Source of the DNA: Nemertoderma westbladi
Lineage: Eukaryota; Animalia; Xenacoelomorpha
NCBI GenBank assembly: GCA_032718475.1
Contig: JAUCBJ010006535.1
Location: 1 to 37,522, forward strand
Length of the DNA: 37,522 nt
Reading direction: 5' to 3'
Numbering within the stretch: the stretch's first letter is position 1; each line of letters opens with the position of its first letter. A program made the translations under genes and the position numbers. Under the pieces are notes generated by a model that saw nothing but the letters and a program-made list of their open reading frames with translations, did no database searches and had not been told where the DNA came from. Below, piece after piece: positions 1 to 10,804 of the stretch.

Positions 1-154
1 CCAATCTCGAGTGTTCAGCACGCCAGAAATGGATAAGCCAATCTCGAGTGTTCAGCACGCCAGAAATGGATAAGCCAAGCTCGAGTGTTCAGCACGCCAG
101 AAATGGATAAGCCAAGCTCGAGTGTTCAGCACGCCAGAAATGGATAAGCCAAGC
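1..154. repeat. 37-bp tandem repeat (minisatellite), 4 full copies plus a partial copy, truncated by the window start
   Basis: Unit CCAA(T/G)CTCGAGTGTTCAGCACGCCAGAAATGGATAAG starts at 1, 38, 75 and 112, head to tail with no spacers. Confidence 0.95.
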
Positions 155-159
155 GAGAA

Positions 160-891
160 AGTTCTGACAAACACAAGGAATGGAACCAGGATTATTCGAG
201 TTTGCAGATTGAATAGAAAACTACACCGACGCCCTCCGTCATCCTATGTATGGAAATGAAGCAATGACGGAGATACTGTCTACGAAAATGGGAGAGAGCT
301 TTGTGGTACTAAGACCTTCAATGGCCCAAGTCAAATCAATTAAGGATGCCCACCAACATATCGTAGCACGACAACAACGAATACGAAGCTGCAACAAACA
401 ATGCACGCCTTCGCCATCCAATTATGTGTCAACTAGGATTCCAATGACATCACCGTAGCGGACAATACATCTGGCGACAACCAGAAAGTGTCGAATGACG
501 AACAATGGACATTCAATCCTAACATACACTAACTTCATGTGCAACAACATGGTCAACATTTCCGAGCGCCCATTCTGGTAAGACAGGGTTTACTAAGAAA
601 GGCTATATTTGCAATGGTACCCATCGCGTTAGAGACTGCCCACGATTCCTGGAGAAGCCCATCCGTGATAAATACGACACATGTTATCGCTTACTTCTAT
701 GTATCGCCTGCCTTGGTTTCAGATACTTCCGGAATGACTGTCGAACAGTGAAGCAGAACCATTGTACGAGAACTACTAAAGATGGTGTCGTATGCAATGG
801 AGATCATTATCATAAGTCTTCCGGACCACCAACTCCCTATGAGGACTGGATAAAGAAATGGACAAAAGGAACAATAGGGAAGAGTAAGTAG
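160..891 (+). mobile_element. Degenerate BEL/Pao LTR-retrotransposon gag fragment (triple zinc-knuckle region)
   Basis: Frame 1 from 601 (not in the ORF track) reads GYICNGTHRVRDCPRFLEKPIRDKYDTCYRLLLCIACLGFRYFRNDCRTVKQNHCTRTTKDGVVCNGDHYHKS. This fits the BEL/Pao gag pattern Cx2Cx3Hx4C-P-F...LCx2CLx3Hx4C...C...Cx3HH, with C>G (GGC, 601) and H>Y (TAC, 724) substitutions. Upstream frames contain stops; the 5' boundary is approximate. Confidence 0.75.
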
Positions 892-2937
892 CAAATTAGT
901 AATGTTCCAGAATAGTTTAATTAATTTCACAATTAGCTGTGATTCAATGGGAAATGAGTAATATTTATACTGGCGTGTTCGTCTTACACATTAAATGTAA
1001 TATCTCGGAAACTAAAAGTCTCATCAAATTTTAAATATATCAAAAATGTCACGATATATTATAAGGTAACTTATGTAAAAAATTATACAATTCTACTGCA
1101 AGGAAATTTCATAATTTCCATTAATGTTAGCTAAGATTTTTCTCAATAAAATTGTAATTGCTCTATTTATTTTAGGTGTCATTTATGTATCTATTTACAG
1201 TTTAAAAATCACAATAGTTTATAATATAATATAACAAATACATTGTTTGGGGATAAGGGTTTTTGAGGTCGCTAAATCCGATGGGCGAAGTTACATCCAC
1301 CCGTTTAGTGGAGAATGAGTGTAAATAAGCTCACTTTATTGTACCGCTTCTTCAATTTGTTACTTTTACTCTCGAATATACCCCAAAATCGGGAGAAAAA
1401 GTTTCGGGAAAAAAGTATCCCATAGGATTGTATTGATTTTACTTTTTTTCCCTGCGAAAAAAGTAAAATAAAATGTTTTCTGTGGAATTTCTTAAATTTT
1501 ATTACATGTGTTGAAAGAGCATCGACGTAGAAAGGGTTTGCACGTAGTTTGAGCAAAATCCATGCACGCACTCAAAAGTAGCACGCACTCAGCAACTTTA
1601 GTGTCTGCAAGTCGATCTCCAAAACGGAACTCAATATCTTATATTGGTTTAAGTTGTTAAGCGGCTCTCTAGTTACGTAATAAATATTCCAGGACACTAA
1701 ATTATTTAACATTGAGTAAGGCAACATCAGGAGAGTAACTATGGAAGCAGTAGGCCCCTATAGTAAAACTACAGTTCAATTTATAGTCAATTTGCAGTAG
1801 AATACTACTACTGTACAGGTACTGACTGACAGTACTTACTATACTGTGTACTGTAGTATATCGCTCTATGTTTTATTAAAGAATTGAGCAATAAACAAGA
1901 ACCAATTTAATAATAAAATTACGTATTACATGGGAAAGAAAACGTAGAACATTTTTTTCAATATTCTCCCGACACTTTATTAACCTCCCTGACTCTCGGT
2001 AAATAAAATCCCTCGAGAATAATGAAAAAAAATCTACATTTTTCCCATGTAATAAGTAATTATTTTTAGACTTTTTTGGCGATATTAGCAAAAAAGAATG
2101 AAAAACATTTGGTTCGGATGAATTGTGAATTGGTATTGGGTTACCCCCTCTGTTTCGCTAGATTGAAGGGACTATTATAACACCATTTTTTGTTATAGTC
2201 GACCTGCAAACTACACAAAATTAAGTTTAGATGGCATTTTTTGTTAATGGTTGGCATCCACCTGATTTTTGTACTTCAAGACATGGCGAATCCGGCTAGG
2301 CCGGATGCCACCTCTGCAGTTTTGATTTAAAGCCTTTTTTTGGGCTTCAAAGTTTTTTGCTCAAAAATTTTATTTTTCGATTTTAGGATACAAGTTCATG
2401 GTGAATGTTTGTGAATCTCGTCTCATAACCAGTGTATAAATTGAAAGTTAATCAAAATGCATCAATGTTGTCCTGAAACTGTTATAAACACTTTGGTAAA
2501 GAAGAAATTTAAGTAAATTGGAAAATTCGCTTGCAGTCCGCCAACCCGGCCCTAGTAACCGCCTTAGCAACAGATTTATGAAATTTAAATTATTAATTGT
2601 TTGTCTCACCTTTCCTTTTCCTGAGAAAATCAACAAACAGTTTTAAAAATTAAAAAACCTATCACAAATCTTAAATACATTCTTGGAAACACATCAAGGG
2701 CAATATAAAATGAAATAGAGTCCAATGTCGCAGACACAGACCCATTATTTGGACCAGAGTAATTTACACAAGTATCAAAATATTAAGTTTAAGTGGAGAA
2801 TTCGTGTACCTTTACTCAACTATTTGCTCCCATATTTGTAATTATTTAAAAATATCACTACTACACTACATATCACTATCACTGTAGGGATTCCAAAAAT
2901 CGGAACAAAGTTTTTCGTGGCGTATTCATGATTGCAA

Positions 2938-2980
2938 CACCGCTGAAGACGCCCGTGAAGGGTCAAATGGCCATACGGTG
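2938..2980 (+). ncRNA. Minimal type I hammerhead ribozyme-like motif (Penelope/retrozyme type, family B), core-mutated
   Basis: CACCG-CTGAAGA-C-GCCC-GTGAA-GGGT-CAAA-TGGCCA-TA-CGGTG: perfect stem I (CACCG/CGGTG), CUGAnGA box, stem II GCCC/GGGU, palindromic stem III ATGGCCAT. CAAA replaces the canonical GAAA. Confidence 0.7.
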
Positions 2981-4366
2981 AAACTGATTATTTTTTATAA
3001 AACTGTGGTGAACTACGCCTATCCCCTTACGCCACAACGGTCTAAATAACTGCAGCTAAGTGGCATTGTGATACTTCCCGTCATATTTTACACATTGGGG
3101 TGACATGTACAGTCCACGTTACCATTGCAACAGAACAAATAAGACAATTTAATAAGAATTTAATTTACAGTGTAACTAACTATAATGCAGTGGATACATT
3201 GTGGATACAAATCCCAAATATTAGGATTTCACACAATTTCACATATAATAATTTTTCACATATGACAATTTTACTATGTACATTTCGTATAAGGAATTCT
3301 AGCTTTAGATTGGCCTTTATTTTATAGAACACGTGAAGTTGCAAATCAAAATATTAAAATATACTTGTTAGAAACACGAAGAAGGTTCTAGAACAATCTA
3401 AACTATGCAGGTGATTAGTAGCTACATAAAATATTGTAGCTGCTGCTGAAGTATTACCGTAATAATTCAATCGTTGGACGAATAATATTTTGTTACATAC
3501 GAAACTTCATACTTAGGCCTTCTTTAACCAATTACTGTTTTCATTTACTTGTTTTTAAAATCGAATGCTCCGCCCCCGTTCGTAATTTTTACAATTCTAG
3601 CTATCCTTCAGTTTTCGAGGTGAAATTATATCTTTCATCCTGGTGGAAAAAGTTCCTATTGTTGTGAGTTTCGGTTACACACACATTTATTCATCATTAT
3701 TTTATACAGACCGGGTGAGCAGAACAGATACTGTACCTTTTCTTTACACAATGTTTGATATCGGTGCATTATCGGTGCATGTCATTGACTAAGACTATTC
3801 TTGCAATATGGAATGCAATGCCCGTATGTTGAAGGATGTGTTTAAATGTTGCATTAATTCAGAAAGATAGGCCTTCTATTGGCGTGTTATATGTGCTGTG
3901 CACCCCATTAAAATTTCAATACAAGCTCTAGTTTTTGCTATTTCTTTTCATGAACATATTCTAGAACATGTCAGCTATTATTTAAATATCTGAAAGTAGC
4001 AAATTTTCTCACTACAGTAAGCCTACTGAATTTTACTTCACCGAAATTCAAATGTCTGGCCTCTTATAGTACGTACGTACAGTGTAACAATTTACACAAA
4101 GTCCTTCTTTCCGACTCTTTATATCAATAACATTACTTATTTACTTTTTCGACAAATAAAACACTAGCTAGGGCAATAAAAAATACAAATACGGTATATT
4201 TAATTTACTTTAATTTAATGTAACAGTGCTACACATCACTTAAACAATCACCTGTAGCTTAAGTGTTTACAACCATTGCGACAAATTATCTTGTGCTGAT
4301 GGTAATTCGTAAAAACCCATATGGGTAGAAGTTTAATATGTTTGGTTCGGAATCTGATAAGCGATT

Positions 4367-5507
4367 ATGGAAATAGACAACTATATCGAGGATAAGGAAA
4401 AGGAAGACAAACGCATAAGACTTCAGAGACACAAAGCGGGAATTGACTATCTCTCGCAGTTACGAACCATGGTGTCGGACAGTCGAGTTGAACTACAAAT
4501 TACATATCACGATTGCGAAGACATGGAGGACGATTTAATTGACGGCAGGCTTCGATGTTAGTTCTATTAGGACCGCAGTATATAGAGTTCTGTAAACGTC
4601 ACTGTTTGTTAGACACTCAAACATTCCTTTAATATATCCGATAATTGAATACAGTACAGTATTTATGTGACCTGCTGAGCTTAAGGGGCTTTTGCGAAGC
4701 TATGCTTTCCCGAATAATATAAAATATATATTTAATAGCTGTAAGTGCCTCGAAACTGCGATGAAGTTACGAGGCATACCTCATTTTGCTTTAATTAATA
4801 ATATAAATTTTTATATGAGGCAAAGGGTGATGGTATATATCGTCAGGCGCATATTACCAAATATGCGACCCCACCCGAGCTGTTAGGTACTGTAATAGGT
4901 ATTCCGGTAAGGACAATAAAAGTGTATTAACAACCTCTTCAAGTTTATTTTGATAGTCATCAATAGCAACTTCGATTCAATGGCGATTCAGTTTCAGTTA
5001 ATAATAAATGTAAAATAGAGAGTGACGCATATTTATGCTGCCAGACTCAGACGGACTCGGAGATTCTAGCAGATGGATAGACACTAAAATAGTTGAGTTG
5101 CTGCACGACGTTGAGAAGGACATTTTCAAATACAATAAGCAGTGTAAATGTCGCATCGGTATCACCAGACCGCTCTTAATTTCAGTTGTGTCGGACAAAT
5201 AGATATTTGACATCCAACAGTCGAAGTTAATTAATATATCTTTCTGTTGCAACGCCACTAACGAAATATTTGTAATTTTGTTTCAGTGAGAATGTTGGAA
5301 AGGAGGCTGAGATTAATTCACCAGACACCAGCTGATAACACATTTCAATCCTTAACTTTCTATGTGAGCGCAACGGTCGCTTTTATAATTGGAATGTGGT
5401 TTAGTACATATATCAATGAGGATTGGGAGTATTATCTTATGTATAAGTGGGATTCATTTATTTTATATATAAGATCCTTTTTTTTCCGCAATAAAAGTTG
5501 GTTGTGA
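4367..5507 (+). CDS. Putative three-exon orphan gene (~170 aa) with a C-terminal transmembrane helix
   Basis: Exon 1 4367-4556 (ATG just after an in-frame TAA; donor GTTAGT; phase 1). Exon 2 5045-5143 or 5158 (acceptor GCCAG; donor GTAAAT or GTATCA; phase 1/1). Exon 3 5287-5507 (acceptor TTTTGTTTCAG; TGA). Phases join without stops. Hydrophobic segment LTFYVSATVAFIIGMWF. No family recognised. Confidence 0.45.
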
Positions 5508-6079
5508 AAAACCAATCGAGATCGTTGATTATACTACTCTACTCAAAAGAAAGGTATGAATTAGAGCCATTCTACAAATATTATTTTGGAATGTAGAGAT
5601 TAACTCAATTGAAGAAGTTAGTTAAAATGAATATAATTTAATGGTTGTATTTCGATGTTAGAAGCTCTCATTCTCTGGTTTCTATGGTCATTGTCACAGG
5701 AAAGTCAGTTCCTTCTTCAGTCCAAAGGTCGTTGAGATGATATTATGTACGAATTCCTCCCAAGACTATACTGTTCGATAATAGTGTTATTATAACTTAT
5801 ATACGACAAATGATGTCGAATAATGTGATCAACACGTATTGAAATTTTAAATGTGTATCATTAATTATGGCACACCACATCAACAACAACTATTATTAGG
5901 TTTTTGTGGCAGTTTACATGGAGGTTCTTATTAGAGGACATCGCTAACCTTGAATCAAATATTCCTAGCCTTTTCTATGTAAAACAAAATACTAGGAAAT
6001 ATGCCAATTTGTTCTTGGAAATGTCATTTTACAGAGCCCAAAACGGACACTATAAAATATATATCCAACTTAATTGCAG

Positions 6080-6255
6080 ATAAGGGGGGGGGGGGGGGGG
6101 GGGGACTGGACGCAATAAAAATGAATTCCTCTCCAGTGGAAATTCGACGCAAATAAAAGCTGATTACTCTCAAAAATAAAACTGTAACCTGTTCTATTGT
6201 GTTTAGTTTATTGTTTTGGTTAAAATAACGTGCCACTGTAACCTGCTCCTTTCCC
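6080..6255 (+). repeat. Poly-G-headed dispersed repeat; related copy at ~23835-23985
   Basis: Both copies have a long G run followed by ...TAACCTGTTC(T/A)ATTG...GTTTA(T/C)TGTTTTGGTTA(A/G)AATAA(C/T)GTG(C/G)CA(C/T)TGTAACC. Confidence 0.65.
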
Positions 6256-6634
6256 TAAATTGAGAATATAACAATGAGGCGGAATATCAATTTTCCGAGA
6301 TGGGATTTGCGTCGAGTTTCCTTTAATTAACGACAGCTGTTGTTGTTGTTACATTAAGATTGTTCCCCAAATTGAAAGCTTTTGTGCAGATCTGATAATA
6401 TTAAAAAACTTTGTTTAGTTTTCTTTAAAATGGCAGCACAATTGTGTTTAATTTTCAAAAACCACAGCGGAACGTGAATTTGTTCAGTTAATTATTTGGT
6501 ATAGTAAAAAATATGAGTAATAGGCCTACCATTGATTAATAATGTTCTCATTTAAAAAAAATTCACGAGACATTTTTCACGACTTTTCCAAATATTTGTT
6601 CTTTATATGTTCTTTTATACTCCTTACCTAGATA

Positions 6635-6765
6635 GTGCCGCAAACTGACCGCAAGTTAAATAAAGTTTCGTTTTTTTTTCCCACTAAACACATTAGTTGG
6701 TGTTTGCGGTCAATTTGCGCTAATAACTTAACTTGACCTTACCTGTTCTGCGGTTGACAGCTTGG
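6635..6765. mobile_element. Small inverted-repeat element (MITE or Helentron/HINE-like remnant)
   Basis: GCAAACTGACCGCAA (6640-6654) and TTGCGGTCAATTTGC (6704-6718) form a 15-bp inverted repeat with one mismatch, followed by degenerate TAAC(C/T)T-like hexamers. Confidence 0.4.
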
Positions 6766-8419
6766 ATAGGTCACGCACGTACAACAGTAGTAATTGAATC
6801 CTGATTGCCCACACAAACTAATTAGAATCAACTTGCAATTGTATGTCACGTTTTCATGGTGAAAAACCGCAGGCCAGAGCGGAAATGTGTTTGAGTTCTG
6901 TAACAATACTTACAATACATAAATTGTTGCTGTCGATCCAATTAATACGGTGGCCCATATTGGCCACAACAAACATATTTTTTATCATTTACTTCTATGG
7001 GCAAAAAAGGTGTCGATTTTACATCATTTAAACTTTGACGTGAAAAACTTGTCAAAATGACTTGGAATTTTTTCGGACGGTCTTTGGGCAAATGTTTGAA
7101 GGCTGCTAATAAAAGACAACAAAGTCAAACTTTGATGAAATTAAATCAAAACTTCTACAGTTTGTCGAAAGTCTGAAATATAAATTGTTTAGAATTCTCG
7201 ATCCAGGAATGTATATAGATATCAAAGATAAATATATTTAATCGGCCTGCTGCATTGCAGCTGTATTGAGATTGCGATGGCAGGTTAACAACGAAATTGT
7301 GCTGCCACCAACCAATTGACAATTATGATACACATTGAGAATGCTATGCCGGCTAATCAACAAAGTTGCACCACCGCAACTCCATATCCCACTGACACCC
7401 GCATCTTACATGGGTTGTCCATTTAAGAGGCATCCCATGAAAGTCATTAGCTCTCAATATTATACTCTTTACTGTACCTAGGGTACCTTGTAATGAAGAA
7501 CCGGTACTGTAATGTAATCTTTACTACATGAAATACTTTTTATTCACTTTACGACTATATATTGTACTTACAGATATTGAATGTTACTACTGTATTATAT
7601 TTTAGGTCTCATAACTATAAAAGTTCTTCCGCTTTATAAATCCCAGTGAAGCTTCCTATTCCCGCCTAAAACTGCTAAAAAAACGTATTCTATAAGACAC
7701 TGTGTAGATTTATTTACAATAGATATGATCAGGTTTCCAGTCCAACCTCGCCTGGTGTCACGGCGTCAAATTGACTCCGCCGTAGGGTTTTCCCCGACCT
7801 GTGCAGAGCATGGCGCAATTAATGTTCATCCCCATTAATATTCACAAAACGACATATATCCACTGGCTACCTACCTCTTACATAAATAATCAATTATTTG
7901 ATCCAAAGCTGAAATATTCCATTGTACACCCACCCACTTTAACCCACTGACATCACTGCCTCCTGTCGGTACGGACGCCCCGCCTCGCCCACACATTATC
8001 TATGTATAATGGAAATAAAGTATAATTTCGCACAAGATTCGAAATCAAGCATTTAATAGGTTTTACTTCTTCTACATATATTGTGGACCATGCCCGCCGA
8101 TGACCATGCACACGCACTTAAACAATTAATCTTAATTGATTAATTGTTTAGACAATAGATCTTAAAGCAAATGAGGCACAAAGTGGACAAAGCAAGTAGG
8201 CGAGTGAGCCAATCAATGACCAAGTGAGTGAATACGTGACCGTGTTTGGATTGATCAAGAGTGAGCGAGTAAGGATCGAACATGTACAAACGGCAAACAA
8301 TTGATTATAAAAACCAAACTTTCGTATTTTTGAATTTTGTATTTTTCACATATTTAATTCACCGCCACGCGTCACTCCACCCCACAATAATTCATTTATT
8401 ATTATTGGTATCGGTTTAT

Positions 8420-8481
8420 GTTGTTAAGCGGCCCTCTAGTTACGTAATAAATATTCGAGAACACTAAATTATTTAACATTG
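8420..8481 (+). repeat. 62-bp dispersed repeat, direct copy of ~1653-1714
   Basis: GTTGTTAAGCGG(C/T)..TCTAGTTACGTAATAAATATTC....ACACTAAATTATTTAACATTG occurs at both positions with few mismatches. Confidence 0.85.
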
Positions 8482-8664
8482 CGATTTTCTATTATTATAA
8501 CTATGGCATTATAATATGGCGATTTTGCCATTCATCATCGACGAAAATTTTCAGATCTGGCGGCCTCCGAAATTAGGTGCCATGTGACACTTGTCCCCCA
8601 TCCCCCCTCCGTACGTCACTGTTATTTTGTCCAGCAATCCTGTGTGTGGTACTGTCTGTAAGGT

Positions 8665-8760
8665 TGGTGCAATTTTGTCGATCATCCGGCATAGCATTCT
8701 TAATGCACGCTGCATTACACCAAGCATCTCAATGTGCGGCTGCAATGCAGTAGGCCGATT
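8665..8760 (+). mobile_element. Very short 3'-end fragment of the RTE family found at 13090-16848
   Basis: TGGTGCAATTTTGTCGAT..CCGGCA(T/C)AGCATTCTTAA...GCTGCAATGCAG..GCCGAT matches ~16770-16837. Confidence 0.8.
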
Positions 8761-9013
8761 ATAGATATGTAGTCTGTTAGTTTGCAACAGACTCTAGTTT
8801 AGTAGTTCGTGTTTCCATGAAAATGTTTAGTTTTGTTACCCTTTGTTAAAGTCGAAAACAAAAATATATTGTAAAATATAATATTAATAATATTTAATTG
8901 AAATATTAATAAATATTAATATTTTTCTGTAAAGTACATTACAGTGTGCTTAGTACTTACTATTGGTCGAACGAACTACTACACCAACAATTGCACAATC
9001 TTGTTATTTGATG

Positions 9014-9183
9014 GCCTCATGGAGTGAATAAGCATGGTGGATAGGACATGACTTTCTGAGTCTAAACTGAAAGAAAACTGGCCTTGAAGAATGAATGCTC
9101 TAACAAATGTTAGGGGTGATATGAAGTTGTGGCGGATTTGTAGCTGCAATGCAGTATGCCGATAGTAGTTTGTTGTAGTAGTA
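9014..9183 (+). mobile_element. 5'-truncated RTE 3'-end copy with (TAG)n-like tail
   Basis: GCCTCATGGAGTGAATAAGCATGGTGGA...CATGACTTTCT...ACTGGCCTTGAAGA...GCTGCAATGCAG.ATGCCGAT followed by TAGTAG; aligns to ~16650-16848. Confidence 0.85.
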
Positions 9184-9523
9184 TTCGAACGAACTTAGTG
9201 AGTTAGCAAAAAGATATGAGGTTTAGATATGCAGATTTACTTCAAAATTTTACCGTTTTGATTACGAAATGACGAGATTCATAATTGCCAAACGCAAGCA
9301 CAACCCAAAATATATTTTAACAAAAATCTTAGCTATTTCTTTCAGAAGCTTGTTTCATTCCACTCCGCACATACAAACATTGATTACTGTAGATAGATGA
9401 TAATGTAATTTTGAGTAAGTTTTTAAAATGTTCAATCGTACAGTACTATGGAGTCGTCAAGCTTGCTAGGCTTGCCTTAATTTATCATAATTTAATAGTA
9501 GGCGCTATTAGCGAGCCGACAGT

Positions 9524-10804
9524 CTACTTGGTGTAGTAGACACGGTAGTACAACCTCTTTCCACGGAAAACAGAATAGGAATTATCAAACTTGAGTAGGT
9601 AATACCCATTACCGGGGTAAAAGTGACTTCCAACATGTACCGCGAGATGGGAGTCTGTGCGATAGCAAGGTATAATAACGCTAGCATTACGTCTGCTGCT
9701 GCTACGTCTGTTGGGTCTGTAATCGCACTCGCTATCGCTGTAACTATCCTCCTCGCTGCTACTCGTCTCGGTACTGAGTTCGCCGCTGCTCCCCGTCGGC
9801 CCGTAACCATCCGCCCACTCAAAGTACAAACCGAACCCGATATCATAGTTGTCCGTAGCAAACTCCCAAAACAAACAGTTTCCATCACTATGAGTTGGGA
9901 CTCTCACCGTCACAGTCTCCCCGCGAACTACGTGTATCTCAGACTCAGGCTCGATGGCCACCAATTCTTTGAAGTCTCGCACTCCTGGGCGAGTCCAAGA
10001 AGCCGCCAAGCCCACGTGAGGTCTCCTAGGCAAGCGGCGGGCTTCCCGCGGCAACGATGTTAGACTAGTTTCGGCGACGGCGGTGTGGCTGTTAAATTCG
10101 TGAATGACATCGGAATCCTTATCCGGAGTCAGAATGTACGCGGAATTAATCGTCCCAGTTTTATGCTGCTTTGAAGGGGAATTATCATTCTGAGGGTTGG
10201 TTTCCTCCAGTAGGGATATTCTTAATTCTTTGCAAATTAATTTGTCTTGTAATTTAGAGCCTGAGGCGTGCGGTTGTTGGATGTCGTGTGAACTGATCCC
10301 TGAATTAGTTTCGTTTTCGATAACCACGTTTGTCACGGTGGGCAACTCGACTCCATTAGGGTTGTTTGTCGACCCTTTGAACTTCGGATAATCCGTCTCA
10401 GAGATCGATAGTCGCTCCTGCGTTCCTTTAGGGGGGCTCTCAAACCCTCCTTTTAATGCACCTGGTGGTTTGCCACCAGCAACTATCAGAGAGTCCCCAT
10501 GCCCTGGAGGGTTTACAAGTTGCGATAGCGCCTCACTTTCTGCCCTCTTTTGCGAGTCAACTCGCATAAAATCAGTGTACCTTGCGGCTTCGTCTAGTAG
10601 TTGCTTGTGGTGTTCGAATTCTAATTGCTCCCTCCTTTCTTCCAACCTTTTTTTCATATCTTCTATGCTTTCTTCGATTGGCTGATGTTTTGATTTAGGT
10701 GATGAATTTTCAGAACGGTTACCATTGACCCATAAATGGAAATGTGGCATTAATCTATAAGCCAGACTAGCACATCCTACTTTCTCATTTGCTGAGTTCG
10801 ACAT
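9524..10804 (-). CDS. ACBD3: ACBD3/GCP60-like Golgi protein (charged coiled region, linker, C-terminal GOLD domain); N-terminus may be incomplete
   Basis: 426-aa ORF. WTRPGVRDFKE...VVRGETVTVRVPTHSDGNCLFWEFATDNYDIGFGLYFEW, an acidic/Ser loop, then IIPCYRTDSH...GSHFYPGNGYYLLKFDNSYSVFRGKRLYYRVYYTK closely follows the ACBD3/TMED8 GOLD C-terminus as I recall it. A charged segment (EDMKKRLEERREQLE) lies near the N-terminus. There is an in-frame TGA at 10814-10816 and no complete acyl-CoA-binding domain in the ORF. Confidence 0.8.
   Translation of the reverse strand: MSNSANEKVGCASLAYRLMPHFHLWVNGNRSENSSPKSKHQPIEESIEDMKKRLEERREQLEFEHHKQLLDEAARYTDFMRVDSQKRAESEALSQLVNPPGHGDSLIVAGGKPPGALKGGFESPPKGTQERLSISETDYPKFKGSTNNPNGVELPTVTNVVIENETNSGISSHDIQQPHASGSKLQDKLICKELRISLLEETNPQNDNSPSKQHKTGTINSAYILTPDKDSDVIHEFNSHTAVAETSLTSLPREARRLPRRPHVGLAASWTRPGVRDFKELVAIEPESEIHVVRGETVTVRVPTHSDGNCLFWEFATDNYDIGFGLYFEWADGYGPTGSSGELSTETSSSEEDSYSDSECDYRPNRRSSSRRNASVIIPCYRTDSHLAVHVGSHFYPGNGYYLLKFDNSYSVFRGKRLYYRVYYTK

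Noticed and set aside
1-154. CRISPR array (37-bp repeat length)
   Set aside because: Units are directly adjacent with no unique spacers, there are no cas genes, and the context is eukaryotic.
5685-5728. Possible hammerhead on the minus strand (CTGAAGA-AGGAA-CTGACT-TTCCT)
   Set aside because: Followed by GTGA rather than GAAA, with no stem III palindrome and no stem I partner.
9508-10685. ORFs 9508-9888(-), 9623-10063(+), 10197-10391(+), 10470-10685(+)
   Set aside because: Shadow or antisense frames of the ACBD3-like CDS with no independent motifs.
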